Source: an uncultured virus (IMG/VR IMGVR_UViG_3300036832_000815)
Lineage: Duplodnaviria > Heunggongvirae > Uroviricota > Caudoviricetes
Strand: one strand, 5' to 3'
DNA length: 20,000 nucleotides
IMG/VR virus record: IMGVR_UViG_3300036832_000815
A model generated the notes under the pieces. It saw only the letters and a program-made list of their open reading frames with translations, had not been told where the DNA came from and did no database searches. This document shows, piece after piece, positions 1 to 9,201 of the stretch. How positions within the stretch are numbered: position 1 is the stretch's first letter; each line of letters begins with the position of its first letter. A program made the position numbers and the translations under genes.

Positions 1-2
1 CC

Positions 3-3000
3 ACCTGGACCGTTACTAGGGGAGCCGAGGGAGCCGCCCCCTGGGCGCACGTCGCAGGCTGGACGGCCATACCGGTCCTGACCGCCCAGGCGCTCGGTCA
101 GTTCCCCCGCTTCCCGCTGACCAACACCGCGGCCACGGCCGCCACGATCGAGTACCGCACCAACGTCACCGCCGATACCCAGTACCGCTTCACCATCACC
201 GCCGACGGCACCCAGTCCTGGGGCTCGGGCGCGGCGGTGGCCAAGTATGGGCTGGGTGGGGCCGAGCAGAACGTCAGCGGCTACGTCGGCCTACCCATCT
301 TGATGCCCAACGCCTCCAACGTGGCCACCCTGGCGGGGGTGATGTTCAACGGCAGCCAGGGATCCGGCATGGGCCTGGGCTTCGTGTCCGGCAGCCACGC
401 CGCCTTTGTCACCCCATCCGGGTACACCCTCTTCCTCAACAACGTCTCCCTCACCAGCACCCACACGGGCGTCCCAGGGATCAAGATCATCCTGGCCGCC
501 AGCCAGGGCTCCCCTGCCCTTCAGATCAACAACAGCGGTGGCTCGCTGCTGAGCTTCTTCGACCCCAACGGCAACCTGGGCATCAATGGGCCTGGGATTG
601 GGAATCTCTCCTACAACGTGCAGGTGGGGACGGCCAGTACCGGCTCGATCGGCATCGGTGGGGGCTCCATCAGTGAGGCCGGGGGCTACACCAAGTTCTA
701 CCGGGCCAGCGGCAACTTCGACTTCGAGTGGGGCACGGTAGCCTCGACGTTCTTTGGCGGTGGCCTGAACATTGCCGGTTCTGGGACGGCCACGATACCG
801 GCTCTACAAACGCAGGTCGGGAATCCTGCTTATCCAGCCCTGTCGGTTTTTGGGGCTGGTGGCCAAACCGGCAACATCATGCAGGTAGGCACGGCCAGTG
901 GCAATGGCGTCTTTGCAGTGGGACCGAAGCTGGCCCTGACGCTAGGTGCCTTTGATGCTACTACCATCCCACTTACTATCAGTGGTTACAGTGCCCAGAC
1001 CGCTGACTTGTTGGATCTTAAAAACTACGGTGGCACCGTAGTTACATCATTTGATAGTGGTGGTGGTCTTCATTTCAGCACCGATACAGCACTCTATCGT
1101 TCCAGCCCACAACAGCTAACTATCGGCTCTGGCAGCAACTCTTGGGACGTTGGCATACAGAACGGTGCTTCACTGACGTACCACGGCAATGCTATGAGTA
1201 CTGGTTATGCGCTTTCCCAAGATGCTAACAGTACCTATCTGAACGCCACGTCAGGTGGTTATGTCTTTTGCCGGAGTGGCAATGTCAATGACATCTGGAC
1301 CACCAATAACACAGGCATGACGCTCAACCGGCCCATAGGCATTGGTCGCATCGGCCAGCCCATGGCCGGAGTCTGGGTTTGGTCTGCGGCCACGGCTGCC
1401 ACCGACATCCCGTTAGTTCTCCAGGCCGGTAACGGCCAAACCGCCGACACCTTCGAGATCAGATCGTATGGCAACTCGATTATCTCTGGGTTTGACGCAA
1501 CCGGTCGATTGTACCTCGGTCCTACGCCATCCTTCGGTGCAGGTACTGGCCCCATGCTTTTCCTGGGTAATGACACCGCCGATCCCACCGCCAATCCCAC
1601 AGGCGGTGTCATACTCTATTCCTCGGCTGGAGTTCTCAAGGCCCGCACCCCCAGCGGGGCCATCGTCCAGTTAGCCCCCAGCACAGGAGTGGCCGCACCT
1701 CTCGTCTTGACCGCCCCTACGGCCACCACCGTGCCCTTGACCCTGGTCGGAGCAGCCAGCCAGAGCAGCGACCTGCTGGATGTCCAAAGCAGCGGCGGCT
1801 CCACTCTGGCGGCCATCGACGCTACCGGTGCGCTCTATGGCCCCTCGGTGGGTGGTTTCAACGGCAACGACCGGGTCTACTTCCCGGCCGGTAACTACGT
1901 GTCGGTGCCCCAGTACCTCAGCGTGGGCACCTCGGCGGCCACCAACAGCGGCCAACTCACGGTCTATCCCACCACCACCGGGACGACCGCTATCGCCGTC
2001 AGCCTCAAGGCCAGCCAGACCGGTGACGCCCTCACCATCTACAACTCGGGCGGCTCAGCCGTCCTGGGCATCAATGCCACCGGCCAGTTGTACATGGGCT
2101 CTTCTCAGTCCTTCGGCGGTGGCACCGGACCCATGCTGTTCCTCAACAATGACACCGCCGATCCGGGCTCGAACCCGTTCGGCGGGGTCGTCATCTTCTC
2201 GTCGGCGGGGGTACTCAAGGCCCGTACCCCTTCGGGCGCGATCGTGCAGCTAGCCCCTCAACCCGCTCCGGCCGGGGCCGCCTCGGGTGATCTGTCCGGC
2301 ACCTATCCCGGCCCCACCGTAGCCCGGATCAATGGCACCAGCGTCCCGGCCACCCCGACCTCGGGCCAGGTCCTCACGGCCACCTCCGGCACGGCGGCCA
2401 CCTGGCAGACCCCCGCTACAGGTGTCTCCTTCCCCCTGAGCAACACCGCCGCCGCCGCTACCACCATCGAGTACCAGACTCAGGTCACCGCCGACACTTT
2501 CTACCGCTTCACCATCAACGCCCGAGGCGATCACGCCTGGGGCAATGGGGCGGGAGCCACCGACACCAACCTGGCCCGTACCGGCAACGGCATCCTGGCT
2601 CTGACCGCCACGGCCAGAGCCGTCCTCAGCGTGCAGGGTGGCGTCGGCATCACCGAGCAGTCCGCTTCCGCCACCCCGCTGAACATCCAGGCTGCGGCCA
2701 GCCAGACTGGTCCACTCACCTCCTGGGCCAACTCCTCCGGCCAGGTCATCACCTGGATCGACTCCGCTGGCACCTTCAACACCTGGGTGGCGGCCGACAC
2801 CGTGGCCCGCTTCAACCTCAACGCCAACGGGTCCATGTCCTGGGGCCTGGGCAATGCCGGGCGCGACACCGGCCTCTTTCGCCAGGCAGCAGGACTGTTG
2901 GCCGTCGGTGGTAGCGCATCTGCGGCCAACGGCTGGGATGTCGGCAATACCGGCCTGGGTGGCTCCCTGGCCGGTCTGGTGGCTCACGGGATGAGCGGCA

Positions 3001-5975
3001 CCACGGCCTACGCCCTGGCCAGCGATGGTACCCAGACCATCCTCAACGCCCCCACGGCCATCTACTGCAAGATCGGGGCCTCCACCGGCATCTGGAGCGT
3101 CACCTCGGCGGGCACCCTGTTCAACAGCCCCACGGCCTGGGCCACTGCCACCCTCTCCTCCACCGTCCTGGCCGGTATCGGCATCAACGCCAGCAATGTC
3201 GTCGGACTGCAAGTCACCGCCAACTCCACCCAGACCGCCGATCTCCTGCAATGGCGCAGCAGCACCCCCACGGTGCTGGGCGGCGTCAATGGGGCAGGCC
3301 AGTTCTATGTGGGGACCAGCCCCAGCTTCGCAGGTGGCACCGGCCCCACCATCTACCTCGCCCCTAACACCGCGGACCCGTCCACCAATCCCACCACCGG
3401 GATCGTCCTGTACTACTCGGCCAATGCGCTCAAGGCCCGCGACGCCAACGGTGTCATCACCCAGATAGCCCCGGCCCTGACCTCGGGACCAGCCACGGCG
3501 GTGATGGGACCGGATGCTTTCGGGGCGGGCTCCACGGTGGGAGTCAGCACTCTCTTCGCTCGGCAGGATCACCGTCATGGCCTGCCTACCGCTCCAGTGG
3601 TGCCTACAGCCGCCACCACCGTCACAGGACCGGACGCCTTCGGTGCAGCCTCAGCGGTGGGAGTTAGCACCTTCTACGCCCGCCAGGACCACGATCACGG
3701 GCTCCCAGCCGCACCAACGACGAGCTTCCCACTCACTGACAGCACTCAGGCTGCTTCGGCCAACACTGAATACCAGACCCGCGTGTCAGGCGACACCTCA
3801 TATCGCTTCGTCATGTCCACGGGGGGATACTTGCAATGGGGCGTGGGCAGCGCCCCAGCAGACGCTTTCCTGCAACGAACGGGTGTCGGTGCGTTGCAGA
3901 TCAACAGTTCGCTCACGATCTCGACCAGCGCCGCGGGCACCACCCCCTTGTATGTCATCGGCACCTCGGGCCAGACTGCTGATCTGGTCCGCGTCACCAG
4001 CGGCACTGGCGTGCTGACACTTCAGCACACCGCCTCGGGTCAGACCACCATCACCGCCGCCACGGCGGCCGCGATCCCTCTCACACTGAAAGGGGCGGCC
4101 AGCCAGAGCGGGGATTTCCTGCAGATCCAGAACTCCGCTGGCACCATCCTGGCCAACTGGGTCGTTGCTTCGGCCGCTGTGGCCACCCTGAGGCTCAACG
4201 GCGGAGTCAACTCTGATCCCCTGCTGGAGAGCCTGGTCTCGGGCAATGCCTGGCAGCGGTTCCGTATAACAGCCGACGGCACCATGAGATGGGGGCCGGG
4301 CACGGCTGCCCCCGGCGCTTCCGGGACCACCGGCATCACGCTGGACTTCCCCTCGGCCAACTCCTTCAGGATCACCAACGGCACATCGCACGCGGCTTTC
4401 GCCAACACCGGCCTCTCCGGTGACATGGCCCTCTACAACGACGTTGGCTGGCTGTCCATCTCCGGCACCACTGGGGTCAACTACGGGGAAACCGGCGTCC
4501 TCATCGGTGAACTGAATCAGACAGCTTCAGAGTTCAACAACGATCATGTAGCTCTTTCCAGGCGCACCTCCATCGGCGTGGCTCCCGGCAATAACGCTCC
4601 GGCCGGTGTTTATGGATCAGGCACCGGGCCAATGCTGTTCCTGGCTAATGACACCGCTGATCCCACCGCCAATCCCACAGGCGGTGTGATCATTTATTCA
4701 TCAGGCGGAGTCCTAAAGCTGCGCGCCCCCACTACTTCTACTACTTTCTCTACACCCGGTACTGAGCTAGTTCTGGAGCAGACCGGTGATGCCGGGGGTG
4801 CCAGCCGTCTGCACATGCAAAACCGGGGTGGTTTGGCCGGGGCGTTGTTGGAAAGCACCGGCAATCCCATCACCGACCTGGGCTTCAAGGCCGCGGGCCT
4901 CAACCAGGCCCTCGTTCGCCTCGAAGGTCGCGCCGCCTACATCGGTGACGTAGGCAACGGCACCACCAACGGTGACCTCCAGATGCAGCCCAATCAGCAG
5001 CAGGCAGCCTGGTTCGGGATGGTCGGATCCGGCGTTACCGGCCGGTTCAGTTTGGGCGTCAATCCTCAAGCGGCCACCTGGGGCGGCGGCTCGGGCGGGA
5101 TGCTGTACATCGGCAATGACACCGTCGATCCCAGTAGCAGCGTTACCGGCGGAACCCTCCTCTTCTCCTCGGCTGGGGTCCTGAAAGCCAAGACCCCGGA
5201 TGGCACCGTCACCCCCCTCGCGCCCGGAGGAGCCTACGCCCCGGTCAGCAATGGTGTGGCCCCCAACGCCAGTCTTCCGGGGGCGGTGCCGCCTGCGGGG
5301 CTGCTCTGGGTGGACACCAGCGTGGCGGCTGCATCCTTCATCGGGCCACCGGGCCAGCCGGACCTGGGTGTCAACTCGGCTACCCCGGATTTGAATACCT
5401 TCCAGACCAGCGGGAACACAGTCTTCACCGGATCGCCCACCAATGCCCCACCCATACCTCCCGGTGCCTTTATCCTGACCGTGTTCACGATCGGCAATGG
5501 CACTTACATCCAGCAGCGAGCTACGTCTGTCGCCCTGCCGCAATACGTCGCCCATCGGGTGTACTCCGGTGGGGCCTGGGGCACCTGGAGGTCCCCGGCG
5601 GCCGGGCTCGTAACCTCTGTCCTCGGCCCCGCCTCAGTCTTGAACACGGCATCCAACACCGTTTGCACTATCACCTACTCAGTGATCGCTAATCGTCGTT
5701 ACCGTATCACAGCCTTTGGGAGTGGATCTCAGCAGACCAGTACCGGTGAAGTGCGGATATCTCTCAGTCAACCTACCGATACTGCACAGGGTCGTTTTGC
5801 CGATCTCTACAGCATCGTTGCCGGGGCCTTTGTAGCCGCAACCGGTGTCTATGTGTACTCACCCGGTGCCAGTGGATCTCAAACGTGGATCCTGATAGTT
5901 GGTACCACGGCAGGCACGATCAGTTGTGCGGCCAATCAGAGTTCCCTGTTTCTTGAAGATATAGGTACCAGCTAA
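3..5975 (+). CDS. Very large mosaic tail fibre / adhesin protein, 5'-truncated (>1990 aa), with a pyocin-knob-like domain and C-terminal jelly-roll head
   Basis: The frame of ORF 237..5975 is open back to position 3 (TWTVTRGAEGAAPWAH...FPLTNTAATAATIEYRT), so GTG 237 is not the true start. It is G/S/T/A-rich with several internal repeat families and HxH motifs. DLNTFQTSG...NAPP...QQRA...HRVYSGGAWGTWR (5388-5591) resembles a pyocin knob. The protein ends RRYRI...LFLEDIGTS. Confidence 0.85.
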   Translation, partial: TWTVTRGAEGAAPWAHVAGWTAIPVLTAQALGQFPRFPLTNTAATAATIEYRTNVTADTQYRFTITADGTQSWGSGAAVAKYGLGGAEQNVSGYVGLPILMPNASNVATLAGVMFNGSQGSGMGLGFVSGSHAAFVTPSGYTLFLNNVSLTSTHTGVPGIKIILAASQGSPALQINNSGGSLLSFFDPNGNLGINGPGIGNLSYNVQVGTASTGSIGIGGGSISEAGGYTKFYRASGNFDFEWGTVASTFFGGGLNIAGSGTATIPALQTQVGNPAYPALSVFGAGGQTGNIMQVGTASGNGVFAVGPKLALTLGAFDATTIPLTISGYSAQTADLLDLKNYGGTVVTSFDSGGGLHFSTDTALYRSSPQQLTIGSGSNSWDVGIQNGASLTYHGNAMSTGYALSQDANSTYLNATSGGYVFCRSGNVNDIWTTNNTGMTLNRPIGIGRIGQPMAGVWVWSAATAATDIPLVLQAGNGQTADTFEIRSYGNSIISGFDATGRLYLGPTPSFGAGTGPMLFLGNDTADPTANPTGGVILYSSAGVLKARTPSGAIVQLAPSTGVAAPLVLTAPTATTVPLTLVGAASQSSDLLDVQSSGGSTLAAIDATGALYGPSVGGFNGNDRVYFPAGNYVSVPQYLSVGTSAATNSGQLTVYPTTTGTTAIAVSLKASQTGDALTIYNSGGSAVLGINATGQLYMGSSQSFGGGTGPMLFLNNDTADPGSNPFGGVVIFSSAGVLKARTPSGAIVQLAPQPAPAGAASGDLSGTYPGPTVARINGTSVPATPTSGQVLTATSGTAATWQTPATGVSFPLSNTAAAATTIEYQTQVTADTFYRFTINARGDHAWGNGAGATDTNLARTGNGILALTATARAVLSVQGGVGITEQSASATPLNIQAAASQTGPLTSWANSSGQVITWIDSAGTFNTWVAADTVARFNLNANGSMSWGLGNAGRDTGLFRQAAGLLAVGGSASAANGWDVGNTGLGGSLAGLVAHGMSGTTAYALASDGTQTILNAPTAIYCKIGASTGIWSVTSAGTLFNSPTAWATATLSSTVLAGIGINASNVVGLQVTANSTQTADLLQWRSSTPTVLGGVNGAGQFYVGTSPSFAGGTGPTIYLAPNTADPSTNPTTGIVLYYSANALKARDANGVITQIAPALTSGPATAVMGPDAFGAGSTVGVSTLFARQDHRHGLPTAPVVPTAATTVTGPDAFGAASAVGVSTFYARQDHDHGLPAAPTTSFPLTDSTQAASANTEYQTRVSGDTSYRFVMSTGGYLQWGVGSAPADAFLQRTGVGALQINSSLTISTSAAGTTPLYVIGTSGQTADLVRVTSGTGVLTLQHTASGQTTITAATAAAIPLTLKGAASQSGDFLQIQNSAGTILANWVVASAAVATLRLNGGVNSDPLLESLVSGNAWQRFRITADGTMRWGPGTAAPGASGTTGITLDFPSANSFRITNGTSHAAFANTGLSGDMALYNDVGWLSISGTTGVNYGETGVLIGELNQTASEFNNDHVALSRRTSIGVAPGNNAPAGVYGSGTGPMLFLANDTADPTANPTGGVIIYSSGGVLKLRAPTTSTTFSTPGTELVLEQTGDAGGASRLHMQNRGGLAGALLESTGNPITDLGFKAAGLNQALVRLEGRAAYIGDVGNGTTNGDLQMQPNQQQAAWFGMVGSGVTGRFSLGVNPQAATWGGGSGGMLYIGNDTVDPSSSVTGGTLLFSSAGVLKAKTPDGTVTPLAPGGAYAPVSNGVAPNASLPGAVPPAGLLWVDTSVAAASFIGPPGQPDLGVNSATPDLNTFQTSGNTVFTGSPTNAPPIPPGAFILTVFTIGNGTYIQQRATSVALPQYVAHRVYSGGAWGTWRSPAAGLVTSVLGPASVLNTASNTVCTITYSVIANRRYRITAFGSGSQQTSTGEVRISLSQPTDTAQGRFADLYSIVAGAFVAATGVYVYSPGASGSQTWILIVGTTAGTISCAANQSSLFLEDIGTS
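1530..5225 (+). repeat. Five dispersed ~50-aa modules in the fibre (GPMLFLxNDTADPxxNPxGGVxxYSSxGVLKAR)
   Basis: Copies at about 1530-1679, 2109-2258, 3324-3473, 4611-4730 and 5079-5225. Positions 1568-1609 and 4646-4687 match at 41 of 42 nt. Confidence 0.9.
3492..3716 (+). repeat. Tandem 40-aa (120-nt period) repeat with HxH motif
   Basis: ATAVMGPDAFGAGSTVGVSTLFARQDHRHGLPTAP and ATTVTGPDAFGAASAVGVSTFYARQDHDHGLPAAP. Confidence 0.9.
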
Positions 5976-6895
5976 TGCCTGCTCTCAAGTACTGGGATGC
6001 CGGGAGCAGTCAGTACGTCCTGCTCATGCCGGGGACACCGACCACCTTCCCGCTTATCTACACCCAGACTTTGACCGCTCCTACGGTGGTCTCGTCGCCG
6101 TATCAGGTCAACCACAACCTCGGTACCACCACCCCACTCGTACAAGTTTATGATGCCGTAACCGGCCAGCTTGTCATGGTCGGTATCACGGTGGCCAACA
6201 GCAACTCCATCCAGGTCAGCGTGTCGGCCAACATGCCGAACAACGTCAACGTGGTGGTGGTCGGGACAGCCCAGTCACCGATACCGATCAACCCCGCGGA
6301 CCAGGCCAGCAAGTCCTACGTCGATGCCCGTACTCCCAACCTGCCTGCCCCCATTACCTCAGGTAGCGGTGTGCAGAGCTTCACCGATGTCCTGGGCGAT
6401 GTATGGGTGGCCGCCAACGGCGTGAACTCGGGCGCGTGGAAGCGGGCACGGGATGTCATTCGCGCTCGGGTCTATCGTAATGCCGCTTACACCGTACCGG
6501 GGATAAACACCGCCACCGGCATGCCTTTTGACAGCACTAATGATGATGCTTACAGCGGATGGTCGGCGTTGAACACCACTTCGGCTATCTACACTTGTCC
6601 AATAGCGGGTCGTTATCTGGTGATGACCAGGTGTGACCTACTAGGTACCAGTGTGGCTGCTCGGCTTTTTAGCTCTGTGTATAGAGGAGCTAATCTTGCA
6701 GGTGTAGTTGAATCAATGCGAGGTGTTGATCTTACTCAGAACTCAAACACTCCTCTGACTTCAACTAATGCTGGGACGATGTTTTGCAATGTCCAAGACG
6801 TGGTGCAGATGAGGTTTTACGCCACCATTGCTCAAGCCTTTGAAGTTGGTACGGCGATGGCTTGGATGGATATTCAGTACATAGGAACGTCCTGA
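5975..6895 (+). CDS. Fibre/receptor-binding protein, paralogue 1 (HNLG beta domain, SKSYVD fibre motif, shared linker, C1q-like head)
   Basis: TAATG overlap with the upstream gene. Motifs: VNHNLGTTTPLVQVYD, DQASKSYVD (ATKxYVD-type), NLPAP...FTDVLGDVWVA...WKRARDV, and the C1q-like signature FD...D...YTCPIAGRY. Confidence 0.75.
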   Translation: MPALKYWDAGSSQYVLLMPGTPTTFPLIYTQTLTAPTVVSSPYQVNHNLGTTTPLVQVYDAVTGQLVMVGITVANSNSIQVSVSANMPNNVNVVVVGTAQSPIPINPADQASKSYVDARTPNLPAPITSGSGVQSFTDVLGDVWVAANGVNSGAWKRARDVIRARVYRNAAYTVPGINTATGMPFDSTNDDAYSGWSALNTTSAIYTCPIAGRYLVMTRCDLLGTSVAARLFSSVYRGANLAGVVESMRGVDLTQNSNTPLTSTNAGTMFCNVQDVVQMRFYATIAQAFEVGTAMAWMDIQYIGTS

Positions 6896-8076
6896 TGGCC
6901 AAGCTCAGCACGTTGGAGTATGCCTTTGTGGGCCTCTCCAATCCGCCTTGGGCCAGTTCGAATGCGGCCGGAGGCTCGTTTTCGGCCGCGAGCGGGCAAC
7001 TGACCATGAACGTCCCGGCGAACACGGCCAGCGCCCACGCGTCGTTGGTCACCTACACCAGCGGTGCCTACACCTATTGGGATATCACCGAGAGTTCCAT
7101 CGTCGTCCGGGTGGTGAACGCGGGGACGCAAAACGCCACTCTCGAACTGTGGGCACCCCAGTTGGTGGACTCCTCCGGCAACTGGTTTGGATGGCACATC
7201 GCCAATGGCCAGATCCAGGCCGACTACGAGGGCACCATCATAGCGTCGGCCACTTACAATGCCTTCACTCACGCCTGGTTGAGGATACGTGAGACGGCCA
7301 GTACCACCTACTTCGACTACTCCTCTGATGGCGTGAACTGGACCAATCTCACCTCTTATGCCGATACCGCTCATAACTACGTACCGACGGCGGTCTATGT
7401 AAACTTCTACCTGGGCAGCAACAGCAGCGGCACCAATCCTGCCACTACAGCGGTCCTCGACAACCTCAACTTGACACCACCTGTCTTCGCCCAGGTACCT
7501 GACTACAGCCTCAGCAATAATCTACCTGCTCCGGTCGCCACCACCACCATCCAATCCTTCACTGATCTGAACGGCGAAGTATGGGTGGCTAAGAACACCG
7601 CCAATGCCAACAACGGGCAGTGGCGGCGCGCCCGTGACGTGTTGATGGGCAGGATTTGGCGTAGTGCCGCTCTGAACTTCGCTGCTAGCCCCGGCAACGT
7701 CATCGCCTTTGACACCGTGGCTGGCGACAACTTCGGCATGTATACCGGAGCCAGCTTCTATGGTTTCTCGGTGCCCATTGCTGGCTGGTACGAGGCAATG
7801 GGCAACCTCCAGGCCACTTCCTCTGTGGCGAACACCTACGTTCAGGGATCCATCCAGCAGAACACCGGTCCCTCCAATGGCACCGTCGTCAACTGGTCCA
7901 GCGACAACTACTTCACCTCGCGGGCTTCGGGTGGCCTGCTCTGGCGCTCCAAGGCCCTGATGTACCTGGCCGCCAATGACATCGTCAACATCAAGGCGTA
8001 TAACCAGAACCTGTTCGCAGTATCCGGGGGCGCGGTCTGCTCCTTCCTCTGCCTCGCCTACATGGGGTCAGGATGA
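6895..8076 (+). CDS. Receptor-binding protein, paralogue 2 (N-terminal ConA/LamG-like lectin domain, shared linker, C1q-like head), 393 aa
   Basis: Start reassigned from 6862 to ATG 6895, which overlaps the upstream stop (TGATG). HAWLRIRETASTTYFDYSSDGVNW is a ConA-like motif. FDTVAGDNFGMY...FSVPIAGWY is C1q-like. Confidence 0.75.
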   Translation: MAKLSTLEYAFVGLSNPPWASSNAAGGSFSAASGQLTMNVPANTASAHASLVTYTSGAYTYWDITESSIVVRVVNAGTQNATLELWAPQLVDSSGNWFGWHIANGQIQADYEGTIIASATYNAFTHAWLRIRETASTTYFDYSSDGVNWTNLTSYADTAHNYVPTAVYVNFYLGSNSSGTNPATTAVLDNLNLTPPVFAQVPDYSLSNNLPAPVATTTIQSFTDLNGEVWVAKNTANANNGQWRRARDVLMGRIWRSAALNFAASPGNVIAFDTVAGDNFGMYTGASFYGFSVPIAGWYEAMGNLQATSSVANTYVQGSIQQNTGPSNGTVVNWSSDNYFTSRASGGLLWRSKALMYLAANDIVNIKAYNQNLFAVSGGAVCSFLCLAYMGSG

Positions 8077-8633
8077 GCATCCTGACCTACGCCCCTCTCG
8101 ACAACCTTTCTGCCCCGGTGGTCACCGGCACTACCACCCAATCATTCCAGGACATATACGGTGAGGTGTGGGTGGCAGAGAGTGGGATAAGGAACGGGCT
8201 TTGGTTCAAGGCCCGTGAGGTCTTGCATGGTCACGTCACTCGGAGCGCAGCCTTCACCCCTCCTACCACCCCGAGCCTCTTCGGGTGGGACACCGTGGTA
8301 GGTGATCCGTTTGGAATGTATGTGGCGAGTCCTACCTACGGGTTCGTGGTGCCGGTGACGGGCTGGTATCACGTCAATGCCCAGTGGTACTGCGGGATCC
8401 CTACCACGCAGGATTACTCCGGGATTCGCATCTATCAAAATACCACTATGATGACCAATGAGAACATGATCCAGAACTTGGCGAACGGTGGTGTCCATGC
8501 CAAATCGCAACTGGATATCTATGCTGCTGCTAACGACACCTTCACCATGCAGTACTGGACCAGCGTGGCTGCGACTGCTTCTGGGTCAGTACTGTTCAAT
8601 CATTTTTACGTGAGTTATCTGGGGTCGGCGTGA
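8073..8633 (+). CDS. Stand-alone linker + C1q-like head protein, paralogue 3
   Basis: ATGA overlap. NLSAP...QSFQDIYGEVWVA...WFKAREV, then WDTVVGDPFGMY...FVVPVTGWY; ends YLGSA. Confidence 0.75.
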   Translation: MSILTYAPLDNLSAPVVTGTTTQSFQDIYGEVWVAESGIRNGLWFKAREVLHGHVTRSAAFTPPTTPSLFGWDTVVGDPFGMYVASPTYGFVVPVTGWYHVNAQWYCGIPTTQDYSGIRIYQNTTMMTNENMIQNLANGGVHAKSQLDIYAAANDTFTMQYWTSVAATASGSVLFNHFYVSYLGSA

Positions 8634-9193
8634 GCATTCCTATTTACACCACGCTCAATGATCTACCTGCCCCGGTGACAACCGGCGGCATTCAGGCTTT
8701 CACCGATGTGTACGGCGAACAATGGGTGGCCAAGCCGGGTGTCTATAACGGATCCTGGCGCAAGGCTCGCGACGTGCTGCACGCCGTGATCTATCGCAAT
8801 GCGGCCCTAGCCAACATGCCCACATCGTCTGCTACCTTCATTGCCTATGATACGGTGCTTCGGGATGTCTATGGCATGTTCTCCAGCAATGGGTTCTTGA
8901 TACCAGCCGCCGGTTGGTATCGCATCCAGGCCACCGGTAATACGAACGCCGCCGCCATCGGTCAGTACGCCACGACCTGGATCTTCGGTGGTCCCTCCGC
9001 GGGTACGACTATAGGGCAGGGGAACAACGTCACTGTTCTTGCCAGTGGTGGCATGAGTTGTCGGGCCTTCGTGGAGACGGTCTGCGCGGTCAATGACCTG
9101 ATCAAGAGTACAACTGTTCAGCCTCAAGGAAATGCCGGGCAGGTCGGTCAGGGGAACATGCGTCTGGAAATCTCGTACATAGGAGCCGGTTAG
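8630..9193 (+). CDS. Stand-alone linker + C1q-like head protein, paralogue 4
   Basis: GTGA overlap. DLPAP...QAFTDVYGEQWVA...WRKARDV, then YDTVLRDVYGMF...FLIPAAGWY; ends YIGAG. Confidence 0.75.
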   Translation: MSIPIYTTLNDLPAPVTTGGIQAFTDVYGEQWVAKPGVYNGSWRKARDVLHAVIYRNAALANMPTSSATFIAYDTVLRDVYGMFSSNGFLIPAAGWYRIQATGNTNAAAIGQYATTWIFGGPSAGTTIGQGNNVTVLASGGMSCRAFVETVCAVNDLIKSTTVQPQGNAGQVGQGNMRLEISYIGAG

Positions 9194-9201
9194 GAGGATC
9201 A

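Noticed and set aside
5600..9193. Diversity-generating retroelement targets
   Set aside because: No reverse transcriptase and no near-identical TR/VR pair differing at adenines in the window; the heads diverge at all positions. A distant RT cannot be excluded.
5975..9193. Shufflon or invertible tail-fibre cassettes
   Set aside because: All cassettes are co-oriented complete genes with their own starts. I saw no recombinase or inverted crossover sites.
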